Positions 19,500 through 30,034 of a stretch of 64,000 bases of DNA are shown here, in pieces. The DNA lies in the NCBI GenBank assembly GCA_947478455.1, contig CANJWR010000001.1:2928-66927 (forward strand). The letters are read 5' to 3'. The stretch's first letter is position 1; each line of letters starts with the position of its first letter. The stretch is from Beijerinckiaceae bacterium. Lineage in GTDB: Bacteria; Pseudomonadota; Alphaproteobacteria; Rhizobiales; Beijerinckiaceae. Under the pieces are notes generated by a model. That model ran no database searches. It saw only the letters and a program-made list of their open reading frames with translations, and was not told the DNA's origin. Made by a program: the position numbers and the translations under genes.

Positions 19500-20789
19500 A
19501 TGCTGAAACCGGAAGACAATGATCGCGTCACGCTCGTCGGGCGGGGCAAACCCGCTGGCGAAATGTTTCGCCGGTATTGGCAACCGGCTCTGCTTTCCGA
19601 GGAACTACCAGAAGCCGATTGTCCGCCCGTCCGGGTCAGATTACTTGGCGAAGATCTGATTGCTATTCGCGACACGAACGGTCAGGTCGGCCTGCTGGAC
19701 GCTTATTGCCCGCATCGTCGCGCCCCGATGTTTTACGGGCGCAATGAAGATTGTGGTTTGCGTTGCGTCTATCACGGATGGAAATTCGACATCGCCGGCG
19801 ACTGCACCGACATGCCGAGCGAACCGGCAGACACCCCTTTGAAGGCGAAAGTAAAAATCGCTTCGTACCCGGTCCATGAAAAAGGCGGGATCATCTGGAC
19901 CTATATGGGTCCGCGCGAAACTATGCCTGCGCCCCCCGACTACGAATGGCTCCGCGCCCCGGCCACGCATCGACATGTCTCGAAAACTTTTGAGGACTGC
20001 AACTGGCTGCAGGCTATGGAAGGTGGACTGGACACCGCCCATTCATCGTTCGTGCACAACGATTTTATTGGCAATTCGAATTCGCTGCGCAATCAAGATC
20101 GCGCGCCGCGCCTTGAAGTCGAAACAACGCCTTACGGCTATTATTACGTTTCGACACGGTCGCTGCTCGACGGGACCAGCTATGTCCGCATGTATCATTA
20201 CATGATGCCTAACCAGCAGATGCGGTCAGGAACAGTAAATTTCGTGGCAGGTCTCGGCAAGGACGACCCGCACGCCACGCCAAAGCTCGATGGCCATCTC
20301 TGGGTGCCGATCGATGACGAACATACCTATGTCTACAACTGGACCTGTGCGTATGATGCGAACGTCGATTTTCGTCATGAATACGTAGAAAAATGGGAAA
20401 ATTTCATGGGCCGCGGAAAGGCGGATCTCATTCCCGGCACTTACAAGCTTCAGCGAAACGCGTCTAACGACTACATGATTGATGTCGAATTGCAGCGCAC
20501 AAAGACCTATTCGGGGATCAAGGGGATCAACACTCAGGATTATGCCTTGCAGGAAGGCATGGGCCCGATCGTTGACCGATCAAAAGAATTTCTCGGGACT
20601 TCGGACAGGGCTATCGTGACCAGCCGCCGGATGCTTCTTGATGCAACGAGGCAAGTCGAGCGGGGCGAAAGGCCACCGGGCGCCGATCCGGCGACCCATC
20701 GGGACGTTCGTCCTCATGATCGAATTTTGAAGGCGGGCGAAAACTGGAAGGAGGTTTTCCCACCAGAAATGAAGCCCAAGTGGCTGTAA
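19500..20789 (+). CDS. Rieske [2Fe-2S] non-haem iron oxygenase alpha subunit (phthalate-dioxygenase-like family)
   Basis: Rieske motif CPHRRAP...CVYHGW and a mononuclear iron motif (DTAHSSFVH). The ATG at 19500 is preceded by GGAGGA. No reductase or ferredoxin gene is adjacent. Confidence 0.85.
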   Translation: MLKPEDNDRVTLVGRGKPAGEMFRRYWQPALLSEELPEADCPPVRVRLLGEDLIAIRDTNGQVGLLDAYCPHRRAPMFYGRNEDCGLRCVYHGWKFDIAGDCTDMPSEPADTPLKAKVKIASYPVHEKGGIIWTYMGPRETMPAPPDYEWLRAPATHRHVSKTFEDCNWLQAMEGGLDTAHSSFVHNDFIGNSNSLRNQDRAPRLEVETTPYGYYYVSTRSLLDGTSYVRMYHYMMPNQQMRSGTVNFVAGLGKDDPHATPKLDGHLWVPIDDEHTYVYNWTCAYDANVDFRHEYVEKWENFMGRGKADLIPGTYKLQRNASNDYMIDVELQRTKTYSGIKGINTQDYALQEGMGPIVDRSKEFLGTSDRAIVTSRRMLLDATRQVERGERPPGADPATHRDVRPHDRILKAGENWKEVFPPEMKPKWL

Positions 20790-20817
20790 TTTAAAGAATT
20801 TTACACTTCGCATTTTG

Positions 20818-20846
20818 CGGGGCGTTCTTCTTGAGCGCCCCGTTTT
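20818..20846 (+). terminator. Rho-independent terminator after the Rieske oxygenase gene
   Basis: CGGGGCG-loop-CGCCCCG 7-bp stem followed by TTTT. Confidence 0.7.
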
Positions 20847-21005
20847 AAATTTGGACCGGTGCTGAGGGTGCTTGTTGCCATTGGCTTGCCACCTGAATCG
20901 TAGGAATGAGCAAACCTTATTCGCTTTGCTGATTTGATTTGCAGCCCGCGCTATGTTGCAATGCAGTATCCGCTCCTTGTGCGGATGCGACATTGGTGTG
21001 CAGGC

Positions 21006-22295
21006 ATGAACCGATTTTCTTACCAGATGTACGAAATGGCCCACCTTGCCATGGCTCCGGCGCGCGCCTGGTCGGATGCGACCCGACTGCTGCTGAAAAA
21101 TCCGCTCAATCCGCTAACTCATACAATTGCAGGCCGGAATGTCGCCGCTGGAGCAGAGCTTTTTGAACGTCTGACAAGGCGCTACGGAAAGCCCGCCTTC
21201 GATCTGGACAGCACGCTGGTTGGCGGGGAGCGTGTTGCAGTGCAGGAGCGGGTGGTCTGGGAGCAGCCATTCTGCAAACTGGTTCATTTCGAGCGTCAAA
21301 TCGTCCACGCTCACCGCCCACAACCGCGCCTTCTTATCGTTGCGCCCATGTCGGGCCACTATTCCACGCTGCTGCGAGGAACGGTTGAGGCGTTTCTACC
21401 AAACTTCGAGGTTTTCATTACCGACTGGGTCGATGCCCGGATGGTCCCGCTGGCGACCGGCCGCTTCGACCTCGACACCTATATCGAATATCTGATCGCG
21501 ATCTGCCGCCACCTTAATGACGAAAGCGGCGGCGCGCCGCTTCATACACTTGGCGTTTGTCAGCCATCAGTACCTTTGATTGCCGCAACAGCGGTGATGG
21601 ACAAGCAAAACGACCCCGCAGTTCCGGCTTCGATGATCCTGATGGGCGGGCCCATCGATACACGCCGCAGCCCAACTGCCGTCAATACACTTGCCCACGA
21701 ACGTGGCACCGACTGGTTCAAGCGCAATTGCATTGTGAATGTACCGTTTCCGTATCCGGGAGTCGGGCGCGAAGTATATCCGGGGTTTCTGCAACTCTCC
21801 GGTTTCATGGCGATGAACCTTGACCGGCACATGAATGCGCATGTCGATATGTTCAATCACCTCGTTCAGGGCGACGGAGATTCTGCCGAAAAGCATCGCG
21901 ACTTCTACGATGAATATATGGCGGTTATGGATCTCACGGCCGAGTATTACATGCAGACGATTGAGACGGTTTTCGTACGTCATTCGCTCCCGAAGGGAGA
22001 AATGAAGCACAACAATGAAATTGTCGATCTTTCGGCAATACGATCAACCGGATTGATGACCGTCGAGGGCGAGAAGGACGATATTTCCGGCGTGGGCCAA
22101 ACACAGGCTGCGCTCGATTTATGCCCAAACGTGCCCGATAGAATGAAAGTGCATTATCTTCAAAAAGGCGTCGGTCATTACGGCGTCTTTAACGGATCGC
22201 GTTTTCGTTCGGAGATTGCGCCTCGTATTCAGGATTTTATTGCGAACATCGAACAGGATCGGCGCACGGCAAAAAGAAAACCTAAAACGGTCTAA
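21006..22295 (+). CDS. phaZ: Intracellular polyhydroxyalkanoate (PHB) depolymerase
   Basis: The N-terminus (FSYQMYEMAHLAMAPARAW...KNPLNPL) and overall length are typical of intracellular PhaZ. The start is chosen at the ATG at 21006. Confidence 0.85.
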   Translation: MNRFSYQMYEMAHLAMAPARAWSDATRLLLKNPLNPLTHTIAGRNVAAGAELFERLTRRYGKPAFDLDSTLVGGERVAVQERVVWEQPFCKLVHFERQIVHAHRPQPRLLIVAPMSGHYSTLLRGTVEAFLPNFEVFITDWVDARMVPLATGRFDLDTYIEYLIAICRHLNDESGGAPLHTLGVCQPSVPLIAATAVMDKQNDPAVPASMILMGGPIDTRRSPTAVNTLAHERGTDWFKRNCIVNVPFPYPGVGREVYPGFLQLSGFMAMNLDRHMNAHVDMFNHLVQGDGDSAEKHRDFYDEYMAVMDLTAEYYMQTIETVFVRHSLPKGEMKHNNEIVDLSAIRSTGLMTVEGEKDDISGVGQTQAALDLCPNVPDRMKVHYLQKGVGHYGVFNGSRFRSEIAPRIQDFIANIEQDRRTAKRKPKTV

Positions 22296-22318
22296 TATAG
22301 TCGGGAGCTGGCTAGCGG

Positions 22319-23122
22319 ATGCCCGACTGGGTTATCCTGACCCACATGATTCGCATCCTTCGCCGCGACATCCCGGAGCGCGCCGGGATTTCACACCTCG
22401 ATATTTCGCATTCTGGCGACAGTTTCAGAATCGCTCTCAAGCGCGTGACCGGCGCCAGAAGCTATACGTTGCGTGTGCGCGCGGCTACGCGCGATGTTGT
22501 CCTGACAATGCCGAAACGCAGCTCGGTTGCTTCCGCTAAGGAGTTTGCGGAACGCCATGCGGCGTGGATAGGCGCGCGCCTTGCGCGTTTGCCACATCCG
22601 GTCCCATTCGAGCCCGGATCTAGGATTCCAATTCGGGGCATCGAGCATGTGATCGTACACAGGCCAGAAGCGCGCGGAACGGTCTGGGTCGAAACACTTG
22701 CCGATGGATGGTTTTCATATTCGCAAGCCTTGATCGTCGCCGGAGAATTTCCACACCTGCACAGGCGCGTAGCCGACTTTTTGAAGCGTGAGGCCCGCAA
22801 GGATCTTGAGTCTGCCGTTCGGCGCCATTGTTCGGTGCTCGAGGTGGCCGCCCGTAAAGTAACGATACGTGATACGACCAGCAGGTGGGGGTCATGCTCC
22901 GCAACTGGCTCATTGAATTTTTCATGGCGACTGATTTTGGCGCCGCCCTTTGTGCTGGATTATCTCGCTGCACATGAAGTCGCGCATCTCAAACACATGA
23001 ATCATTCGCCACGTTTTTGGGCCCTGGCAACAAAATTGGCTCCGGAAACTCAAAGAGCTGAGGCTTGGCTTCAGGCCAACGGAACCAACCTTCATCGGTT
23101 TGGAGCTTGTGCGGAAGACTGA
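22319..23122 (+). CDS. M48/DUF45 (YgjP-like) zinc metallohydrolase
   Basis: WGSCSATGSLNFSWRL plus the HEVAHLKHMNHSPRFW zinc motif. Confidence 0.82.
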   Translation: MPDWVILTHMIRILRRDIPERAGISHLDISHSGDSFRIALKRVTGARSYTLRVRAATRDVVLTMPKRSSVASAKEFAERHAAWIGARLARLPHPVPFEPGSRIPIRGIEHVIVHRPEARGTVWVETLADGWFSYSQALIVAGEFPHLHRRVADFLKREARKDLESAVRRHCSVLEVAARKVTIRDTTSRWGSCSATGSLNFSWRLILAPPFVLDYLAAHEVAHLKHMNHSPRFWALATKLAPETQRAEAWLQANGTNLHRFGACAED

Positions 23123-23140
23123 TCGAAACGACTTTTTAGC

Positions 23141-23860
23141 TCAGTCTTGTCGTCGCAGAAATGTCAGATAAGCTGAAGAGCGGCCTTCACGCCGGGCCTT
23201 AGATTCATATCGGGTGCTGAACCAGCCTTGCCAAGGACTCGTCCAATCTGCAGATGAGCCGGGCGTCCAGGTGAAGTCGCGATGGCGTAGCACCCGCGAC
23301 AAAGTCCAGGCTGCGTAATCGTCGATGTCGGTCGCAAACCGGAATTCTGCCCCGGGCTTCAGAACTTTGCCGACAAGATCAAGAAAATTCTCTGAAACAA
23401 TCCTGCGCTTTCTCTGGCGTGGCTTGGGCCAAGGATCGGGATAGAGAAGAAAAAGCTTTGAAACGGAGTTTGGCGGAAGCGCTCTTAACAGTTCGAGCGC
23501 ATCGGCAGGATGCAGACGAATGTTGCGGATATTGCGTTCCTCGACCTGCGCGAGGGCTTTGGCGATGCCGTTGATGAAGGCCTCGCATCCGATAAAGCCG
23601 ATATCAGGAAATGCTTCTGCTTTGGCAATCAGATGTTCAGCTCCGCCAAATCCGATTTCGATCTGAACTTCCTGAACAACAGGTTCAAACAGTTTGATTG
23701 GATCAACGGATGCAGTTTCCAGTGAAATCGCCACTTGCGGCAACATCTGTTCCATCAACTCCGATTGATGCGAACGAAGTTGCTTGCCTTTTCGGCGACC
23801 AAAAAAAGCCGACGCCTCAAGGGCGCCGGCTTTGGATTGTTCGTTTCGCGGATCACTCAT
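23141..23860 (-). CDS. trmB: tRNA (guanine46-N7)-methyltransferase
   Basis: 239 aa with TrmB motifs (IEIGFGGAEHL, LLYPDPWPKPRQRKRR). Confidence 0.92.
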   Translation of the reverse strand: MSDPRNEQSKAGALEASAFFGRRKGKQLRSHQSELMEQMLPQVAISLETASVDPIKLFEPVVQEVQIEIGFGGAEHLIAKAEAFPDIGFIGCEAFINGIAKALAQVEERNIRNIRLHPADALELLRALPPNSVSKLFLLYPDPWPKPRQRKRRIVSENFLDLVGKVLKPGAEFRFATDIDDYAAWTLSRVLRHRDFTWTPGSSADWTSPWQGWFSTRYESKARREGRSSAYLTFLRRQD

Positions 23861-23900
23861 TCCGCGCGCCTTGCATTATCACGCAATCAGAAAAACCGGC

Positions 23901-25088
23901 TCAGAACTGGGCCTTAAGCTGATCGACCAGATCGGTCTTTTCCCACGAGAACCCACCTTCGCTGTCGGGCTCACGACCAAAATGACCGAATGCGGAAGTA
24001 CGGGCGTAGATCGGCTTGTTGAGCTTGAGGTGCTCACGGATGCCGCGCGGCGAAAGGCTCATTATCTGCATCAGAACGCTTTCCAGCTTATCGATGTCAA
24101 CCTTGCCGGTGTCATGCAGGTCGGCATAGATCGACAATGGCTGCGCGACGCCAATGGCATACGACAGCTGAAGTGTGCAGCGGTCGGCCAGACCGGCCGC
24201 TACAACGTTCTTGGCCAGATAGCGGGCCGCATAGGCCGCCGACCGGTCAACCTTCGTCGGGTCTTTGCCGGAGAATGCGCCGCCGCCGTGGGGAGCTGCG
24301 CCGCCGTAAGTGTCCACGATGATCTTGCGACCGGTAAGGCCGCAGTCGCCATCGGGACCGCCGATGAAGAACTTGCCGGTCGGGTTGACGTGCCAGACAG
24401 TATCTTTGGTGATCCAGTCTGACGGGAGAGCCTTCCGAACATAAGGTTCGACGATGGCGCGAATCTGCTCGGAAGAAATGTCTTCAACGATATGCTGATG
24501 GGACACGACGATCTGGGTCGCCCCGACCGGCTTGCCGTTTTCGTATCGAACCGTAACCTGGCTCTTTGCATCCGGGCCAAGAACCTTCTCGGTGCCGGCG
24601 TGACGAGCTTCTGAGATCAGACGCAGAATCTTGTGGGCATAGTAGATCGGAGCCGGCATCAACTCCGGCGTTTCGCGGCAGGCATAACCAAACATAATGC
24701 CCTGGTCGCCTGCGCCTTCGTCCTTGTTGCTGGACGCGTCAACGCCCTGAGCAATGTCGGCCGACTGGGCGTGCAGCAAGACTTCAATCTTTGCATGCTC
24801 GTGATGAAAACCATCCTGCTCGTAGCCAATATCCCGAATCGCTTTGCGGGCGGCATGGATGATCGTGTCTTCGGTAATCTTCGGACCACGGACTTCACCG
24901 GCGATCACAACCCGATTGGTGGTCGCAAGGGTCTCGCAGGCCACGCGAATCTGGTACGGATCGATTCCAGCCTTCGCGCCTTCGCGGAAAAACAGATCTA
25001 CGACCTCGTCCGAGATGCGATCACAAACCTTGTCGGGATGTCCTTCGGAAACCGACTCGCTGGTAAACAGATAACTTTTGCGGGCCAC
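23901..25088 (-). CDS. metK: S-adenosylmethionine synthase
   Basis: [26 protein letters not shown] and [16 protein letters not shown]. The GTG start is preceded by GGAGAAG. Confidence 0.97.
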   Translation of the reverse strand: MARKSYLFTSESVSEGHPDKVCDRISDEVVDLFFREGAKAGIDPYQIRVACETLATTNRVVIAGEVRGPKITEDTIIHAARKAIRDIGYEQDGFHHEHAKIEVLLHAQSADIAQGVDASSNKDEGAGDQGIMFGYACRETPELMPAPIYYAHKILRLISEARHAGTEKVLGPDAKSQVTVRYENGKPVGATQIVVSHQHIVEDISSEQIRAIVEPYVRKALPSDWITKDTVWHVNPTGKFFIGGPDGDCGLTGRKIIVDTYGGAAPHGGGAFSGKDPTKVDRSAAYAARYLAKNVVAAGLADRCTLQLSYAIGVAQPLSIYADLHDTGKVDIDKLESVLMQIMSLSPRGIREHLKLNKPIYARTSAFGHFGREPDSEGGFSWEKTDLVDQLKAQF

Positions 25089-25230
25089 GGATACTTCTCC
25101 GGTTGTTTTGGCAGCGCGCGAAACCCAACGTTCCGGCCAGCCTGAAGCCTAGGCAGCAAGGCGCGCCTGTTTTACAGAGGCCGTTCGTTTGGTCAAGCGA
25201 TTTGGCAGATTTCGTTCGATAAACCGAACG

Positions 25231-25671
25231 CTAACTTGATGAGTCGTCAGAGGAGGCAGGCAAATCGACGGCTTCCACTGGGGCCAGCGACAACACGAGG
25301 TCGACGAGCCGCTTTCTGACTTTGGCGTCCTGAATTCGGGAAAAGGCGCGAGCAAGTTGCTGCCCTTCCATGGTCGACAGAAAATCTGCGACATAGGTCG
25401 CGTCATTTTCCTCAGCAAATCCAGAAAGAAAACTTGCCTCGACAGAATTTGCACCCTCAAAGAAATATGCTGCTGGGACCTCTAAGAATTTGGCGATCTG
25501 CTGAAGTGCGCTTGCACTGATGCGATTGGTCCCTTTTTCATATTTTTGAACTTGCTGGAAGCTGACGCCGACAGCCTCGGCAAGCTTGACTTGCGTCACT
25601 CCAAGTGAAGTGCGTCGCATCTTAACCCGGCTGCCAACGAGCCGATCTATTGGATTTGAGGGCTTGACCAC
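25231..25671 (-). CDS. XRE-family helix-turn-helix transcriptional regulator
   Basis: 146 aa with an HTH_3 core (LGVTQVKLAEAVGVSFQQVQKYEKGTNRISASAL). Confidence 0.85.
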   Translation of the reverse strand: MVKPSNPIDRLVGSRVKMRRTSLGVTQVKLAEAVGVSFQQVQKYEKGTNRISASALQQIAKFLEVPAAYFFEGANSVEASFLSGFAEENDATYVADFLSTMEGQQLARAFSRIQDAKVRKRLVDLVLSLAPVEAVDLPASSDDSSS

Positions 25672-25766
25672 CGGAACCGACTCCGACCAGGGCGCGATGC
25701 CCGTAATGTTCCTGCCAGATAGAATATACGGCGTAAACTATAGCATGAAATGTGGCTCGTGGACGT

Positions 25767-27404
25767 TCAACGCCGGTATGCTCGGATGACGCCAAAAAGG
25801 GCGAATATTGCCGTAAACAGCCACATACTCAATGGAATCAGATTCGGAAATTGAGCGAATAGGGTTGGCTTGATTGATTTTGGCAAGCCGCTGTCCAGCA
25901 CGCCCTGCGTCCCCAAGGCAATCCGGCCAATAATTCTGCCATATGGGTCAATCATTGCCGAAATGCCAGTATTTGCAGCCCGTATCATCGGCACCCCTTG
26001 CTCAATGCTCCGAAGGCGCGCCTGCGCCAAATGCTGGTAGGGCCCTGTCGTTAACCCAAACCAGCCATCGTTGGTTACGTTCAACAACAAATCAACTCGT
26101 GGGGAATCGGGCCCAATGGCCTCTGGAAAGATTGCTTCATAGCAAATCAACGGGGCGGCCAAAGGCAACCCCGGAATCTGCAATTGGCCAGGCCCAATAC
26201 CGGGATCAAATCCTCCCGGAATGTGGACAAATTGTCTCAGGCGCAATTTTTCCAGCAATGCCGAGAACGGCAGGTATTCTCCAAATGGAACGAGATGCCG
26301 CTTGTCGTAGAATTCCGGGAGCAAGCCGTCGGCGCTGACGAGTTCAATCGAATTGAAGAATCGAGCGCGTGTTTGGCCTGCCGCTGGAGCCTCCTGACGC
26401 GCCGCACCGGTGATCAAGATCGTCCGTCCTGATAGTGAGCCTGCAATGCGCCGAACAGCTTCCGGATCGCGAGACAGAATGAACGGAAAGGCTGACTCCG
26501 GCCAAACCAGATGTGTCACATCGCCAATTCCGGTGGAGATCGGTGAAGTTGCACGATCTGAAACAGACAGATAAGTCCGCAGAATCTGGTCCCGGTTCTC
26601 CGGACGAAACTTTTCATCTTGCAAGAGATTTGGCTGAACGATCCTTAGCTTGACGCCCGGAACCATACCGGCGTCCAATCCAGACAGCCGGATCGTCCCA
26701 AATCCCAGAATGAGCGCCGTCGCCATAAATGCGATCAATGTTGGCGTCAGCCCCAGCAGCTTTGTTCTTTTGGAGACCTGAAGATCCGCCAATGTCGCAG
26801 GGGTGGCAAAGATTGCAATGGCGAGGATTGTCATTCCATACAGACCAACCAGACTGCCGATCTGGCCTGATACGATATTTCCGGCCAACGACATCCCAAG
26901 CGCATTCCACGGAAACCCCGTCAGTATATTTCCGCGCAACCATTCGGCGGCGGCCAATCCGGCAACGAGGGCAAAGACACGCGCCGCACCCGGTGACCAA
27001 AGCAGCCTCGCAATTCCAAATCCAAATGCAAAGAAACAGGCCAGAATGGCCGGAAGTCCAAGAACCCCGAGCGGGAGCGCCCAGGCGAACTGGTCTACCT
27101 CAACCAGAAAGGCCGCTCCAAGCCACCACAAACCGGCTACGAAATATCCAAATCCCATCCACCATCCGGCAATCGCCGCATCTACGACTGGGATGAATTT
27201 TTCGTGAAAATGACCGGTCGAATTTCCTGTTTCCCTCACGCACCCGTCGATAAGCCAGACGGCGCAGACCATCGGTATCATCATCGCGGGAAGAAAATCG
27301 ACGGGCGCTAGCGCCAGCGCGCCGGCGGCCCCTGACAGCAAGGCGATGAAGCGGCGTTTCCATCCCCAGGCGAGGATTACCTCCTGCGCGAGCGCAACTA
27401 GCAT
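25767..27404 (-). CDS. lnt: Apolipoprotein N-acyltransferase
   Basis: 545 aa with a multi-pass membrane N-terminus plus a CN-hydrolase domain (VWPESAF, ICYEAIFPE). Confidence 0.92.
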   Translation of the reverse strand: MLVALAQEVILAWGWKRRFIALLSGAAGALALAPVDFLPAMMIPMVCAVWLIDGCVRETGNSTGHFHEKFIPVVDAAIAGWWMGFGYFVAGLWWLGAAFLVEVDQFAWALPLGVLGLPAILACFFAFGFGIARLLWSPGAARVFALVAGLAAAEWLRGNILTGFPWNALGMSLAGNIVSGQIGSLVGLYGMTILAIAIFATPATLADLQVSKRTKLLGLTPTLIAFMATALILGFGTIRLSGLDAGMVPGVKLRIVQPNLLQDEKFRPENRDQILRTYLSVSDRATSPISTGIGDVTHLVWPESAFPFILSRDPEAVRRIAGSLSGRTILITGAARQEAPAAGQTRARFFNSIELVSADGLLPEFYDKRHLVPFGEYLPFSALLEKLRLRQFVHIPGGFDPGIGPGQLQIPGLPLAAPLICYEAIFPEAIGPDSPRVDLLLNVTNDGWFGLTTGPYQHLAQARLRSIEQGVPMIRAANTGISAMIDPYGRIIGRIALGTQGVLDSGLPKSIKPTLFAQFPNLIPLSMWLFTAIFALFGVIRAYRR

Positions 27405-27489
27405 GAGCGACGGAACCCGGTTTGCGAATCAACAATTCACATTGTTATGCCGTCTCGACCGGACGCGAGCCAGATTTTTCAATCGGAGG

Positions 27490-28461
27490 TCAGCCTACAG
27501 AGGGTTTGCGGCGCAATCGCAATCGTTTTAACCGGCGTGGATCAGCGTCTAGAATTTCGGCCTCAAGTTCCCCATCAATCGGAATGATTTCGCCCCTGGC
27601 CGGCACGCGCCCGGCAATGGCGGCGATCAGCCCCCCTATCGTTTCGATCTCATCGCTTTCCACCAGTTTGTCCAGACTCCGGTCGATAGCTGTTGCAACT
27701 TCAGTCAAAGGTGCTCTTGCGTCGACGAGGAATGACCCGTCCGCTGCTGCCTCCATCGGAGGCGGCTCAGCTTCATCATGCTCGTCTTCAATATCTCCAA
27801 CGATGACCTCGACAATATCTTCGAGGGAAACGAGCCCGTCTGTTCCACCATACTCATCGATCACAAGAGCCATATGGGTGCGTGACGATTGCATTTTGAC
27901 GAGCAAATCGAGCGCCGGCATCGAGCCTGGCACGAACAGTACCGGGCGAATAATTTTTGCCCCTGACAGGGCTGCCTGAAAATCTACGCGGCCAAATGCT
28001 GTCCGACCTTCATCCAAGTTTGAGGAGTTTTCACGCGGATCCGATTTTCCACCGCGTGTAGGAATCTCAGCAATCTTGGCGACATGATCCACAAAGTCAC
28101 GAATGTGGACCATGCCTCTGGGATCATCGAGCGTCTCGCTGTAGACTGGCAAGCGCGAGTGCTCTGCAGCCCGGAACACAGCCAGAACCTCTCCCAGATT
28201 GGCGGCGATCGATACGCCAATAATGTCCGCTCGAGGTATCATGATGTCGCGGATTCGAACTTCATGAAGGTTGAGTACGTTTTTCAGCATCGTCCGCTCA
28301 TGGGCGGACAATTCGGCATCGGCGCTCGATTCATCGAGCACCTCTTCCAGGTCTTCCCGGACCGACGCTTCATTCATGCCGAAAAGCGCGCGGACACGTG
28401 TGATTAGATTGGTGCGCTCGGATCGCGGGTCCGAAGAACTGCCGGCTTTGTCATCGCTCAT
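27490..28461 (-). CDS. corC: CBS-domain magnesium/cobalt efflux protein CorC / TlyC-type hemolysin family
   Basis: A CBS pair plus a CorC_HlyC C-terminal domain. It lies in the conserved position downstream of ybeY. Confidence 0.85.
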   Translation of the reverse strand: MSDDKAGSSSDPRSERTNLITRVRALFGMNEASVREDLEEVLDESSADAELSAHERTMLKNVLNLHEVRIRDIMIPRADIIGVSIAANLGEVLAVFRAAEHSRLPVYSETLDDPRGMVHIRDFVDHVAKIAEIPTRGGKSDPRENSSNLDEGRTAFGRVDFQAALSGAKIIRPVLFVPGSMPALDLLVKMQSSRTHMALVIDEYGGTDGLVSLEDIVEVIVGDIEDEHDEAEPPPMEAAADGSFLVDARAPLTEVATAIDRSLDKLVESDEIETIGGLIAAIAGRVPARGEIIPIDGELEAEILDADPRRLKRLRLRRKPSVG

Positions 28462-28985
28462 GAGTGCGTCATATCGTCTTCGCCGATCTGAGAATTTGCA
28501 TACGGATCAGCAATTCCTAACCTAGCCAAAATCCGTTTTTCCGTTGATTCCATTTCCTCAGCCTCGTCATCGCTTTCATGATCGAAGCCCAAAAGATGAA
28601 GGAACCCATGAACCGCCATGTGGGACGTATGGGCTGCCAACGATTTGCGTTCGTCAGAAGCCTCTCGCATCACAGTTTCAAATGAAATCGCAATGTCGCC
28701 TAGCATATAGGGGAGATTGTTGTCCTCCGGTTGAGGCAAAGGAAAAGACAGGACATTTGTCGGCTTGTCGATATTTCGGAAATTCCGGTTCAATTCCCGG
28801 ATTGCTTCATCGTTGCAAAGTAGAATCGTAATTTCCAGTTTTGAAGTCAGACCAACTTCGCATTCTGTCATCGATGCGAAAATGGCGCTTTCGATGATCG
28901 CCTTGCGTTCCAGCAGGGTAGACCAGCCTTCGGCCTCGTCGATTATTTCGATTGAAATAGGCAATGCGTGCAGAGCTCCTATCAA
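28458..28985 (-). CDS. ybeY: rRNA maturation endoribonuclease YbeY
   Basis: HMAVHGFLHLLGFDH zinc motif. It overlaps both neighbours by 4 nt. Confidence 0.93.
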   Translation of the reverse strand: MIGALHALPISIEIIDEAEGWSTLLERKAIIESAIFASMTECEVGLTSKLEITILLCNDEAIRELNRNFRNIDKPTNVLSFPLPQPEDNNLPYMLGDIAISFETVMREASDERKSLAAHTSHMAVHGFLHLLGFDHESDDEAEEMESTEKRILARLGIADPYANSQIGEDDMTHS

Positions 28986-30034
28986 GGCGTGCGCCGGGCC
29001 GCGGCTTCGTAGGCGCCAACTATGCGGCGAACCAGATCGTGGCGAACGACATCGCCCTCCTTGAAGGCCACATGGCCAATGCCTTCAATGCCCGACAACA
29101 AGCCGACGGCCTCTGCAAGGCCAGATTTTTGTCCCGGCGGCAAGTCGGTCTGTGTCGGATCGCCAGTGATGATCATACGAGAATTTTCACCCAGCCGCGT
29201 CAGAAACATTTTCATCTGCATCGACGTCGCGTTCTGCGCTTCATCAAGCAGAACGCACGCGTTAGTCAGTGTGCGGCCACGCATGAACGCCAAAGGCGCA
29301 ACTTCGATCATGCCTGTTTGCATTCCGCGCTCGACGATACGACCTTCCATGAAATCGTGCAGCGCGTCGTAGATAGGCCGCAGGTAGGGATCAACTTTTT
29401 CGCGCATATCGCCCGGTAGAAACCCAAGCCGTTCACCTGCCTCGACAGCAGGCCGGGAAAGAATAAGACGTTCTACAACGCCCTTTTCGAGAAGGGAAAC
29501 CGCATAGCCGACAGCCAGCCATGTCTTGCCGGTCCCTGCGGGTCCTTCGGCAAACACAAGCTCATGCTTCTTTAGGAGCTTCAGATATAGATCCTGAGCT
29601 GCGTTACGGGCTCTAATCGCGCGCTTGCGGGTCGCGAGCTGCTCGAACATCGCCTTGCTAGCCTCTGTCTCGCCGGGAAAAAGAGTCCCTTGCAGAGCGC
29701 CTTCCTGGATGGCTCCATCCACATCACCCAGGCTGATCGCCTGGCCCAGCTTTACGCGAGCATAAAGATTTTCCAGAACGCGCCGAGCGTTTTCGCATGC
29801 CTCTGGCGAGCCTTTCAGAATAATATGATTGCCATTGGCGTGAGCCGTAACGCCGAGTTTGCGTTCAATCTTAGCGATATTCTGATCGTATTGACCAAAA
29901 ACGATCGAGGCGAGCCTGTTATCCTCGAAGGCCAGAGTGAGTTCCGAAACTTTGGTGGCAGGCCGGACGAGAGAGCCGCTTCTCGTTCCAGCAATATCGC
30001 TGATATTTGGCTCCTGTCGATCGGGGGTTTTCAA
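28982..30034 (-). CDS. ybeZ: PhoH-family ATPase (YbeZ)
   Basis: Walker A (GPAGTGKTW) and the PhoH signature (LDEAQNAT...[11 protein letters not shown]). Confidence 0.9.
   Translation of the reverse strand: MKTPDRQEPNISDIAGTRSGSLVRPATKVSELTLAFEDNRLASIVFGQYDQNIAKIERKLGVTAHANGNHIILKGSPEACENARRVLENLYARVKLGQAISLGDVDGAIQEGALQGTLFPGETEASKAMFEQLATRKRAIRARNAAQDLYLKLLKKHELVFAEGPAGTGKTWLAVGYAVSLLEKGVVERLILSRPAVEAGERLGFLPGDMREKVDPYLRPIYDALHDFMEGRIVERGMQTGMIEVAPLAFMRGRTLTNACVLLDEAQNATSMQMKMFLTRLGENSRMIITGDPTQTDLPPGQKSGLAEAVGLLSGIEGIGHVAFKEGDVVRHDLVRRIVGAYEAAARRTP

Noticed and set aside
25089-25230. Possible SAM-responsive riboswitch (SAM-II or SAM-SAH type) in the metK leader
   Set aside because: The minus-strand leader contains AAUCGCUUG but lacks a downstream AAAGC-type pseudoknot partner or any other block I can confidently match to the SAM-II consensus. 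A covariance-model scan (Rfam SAM-II, SAM-V, SAM-SAH) would be needed. It is not supportable by eye.
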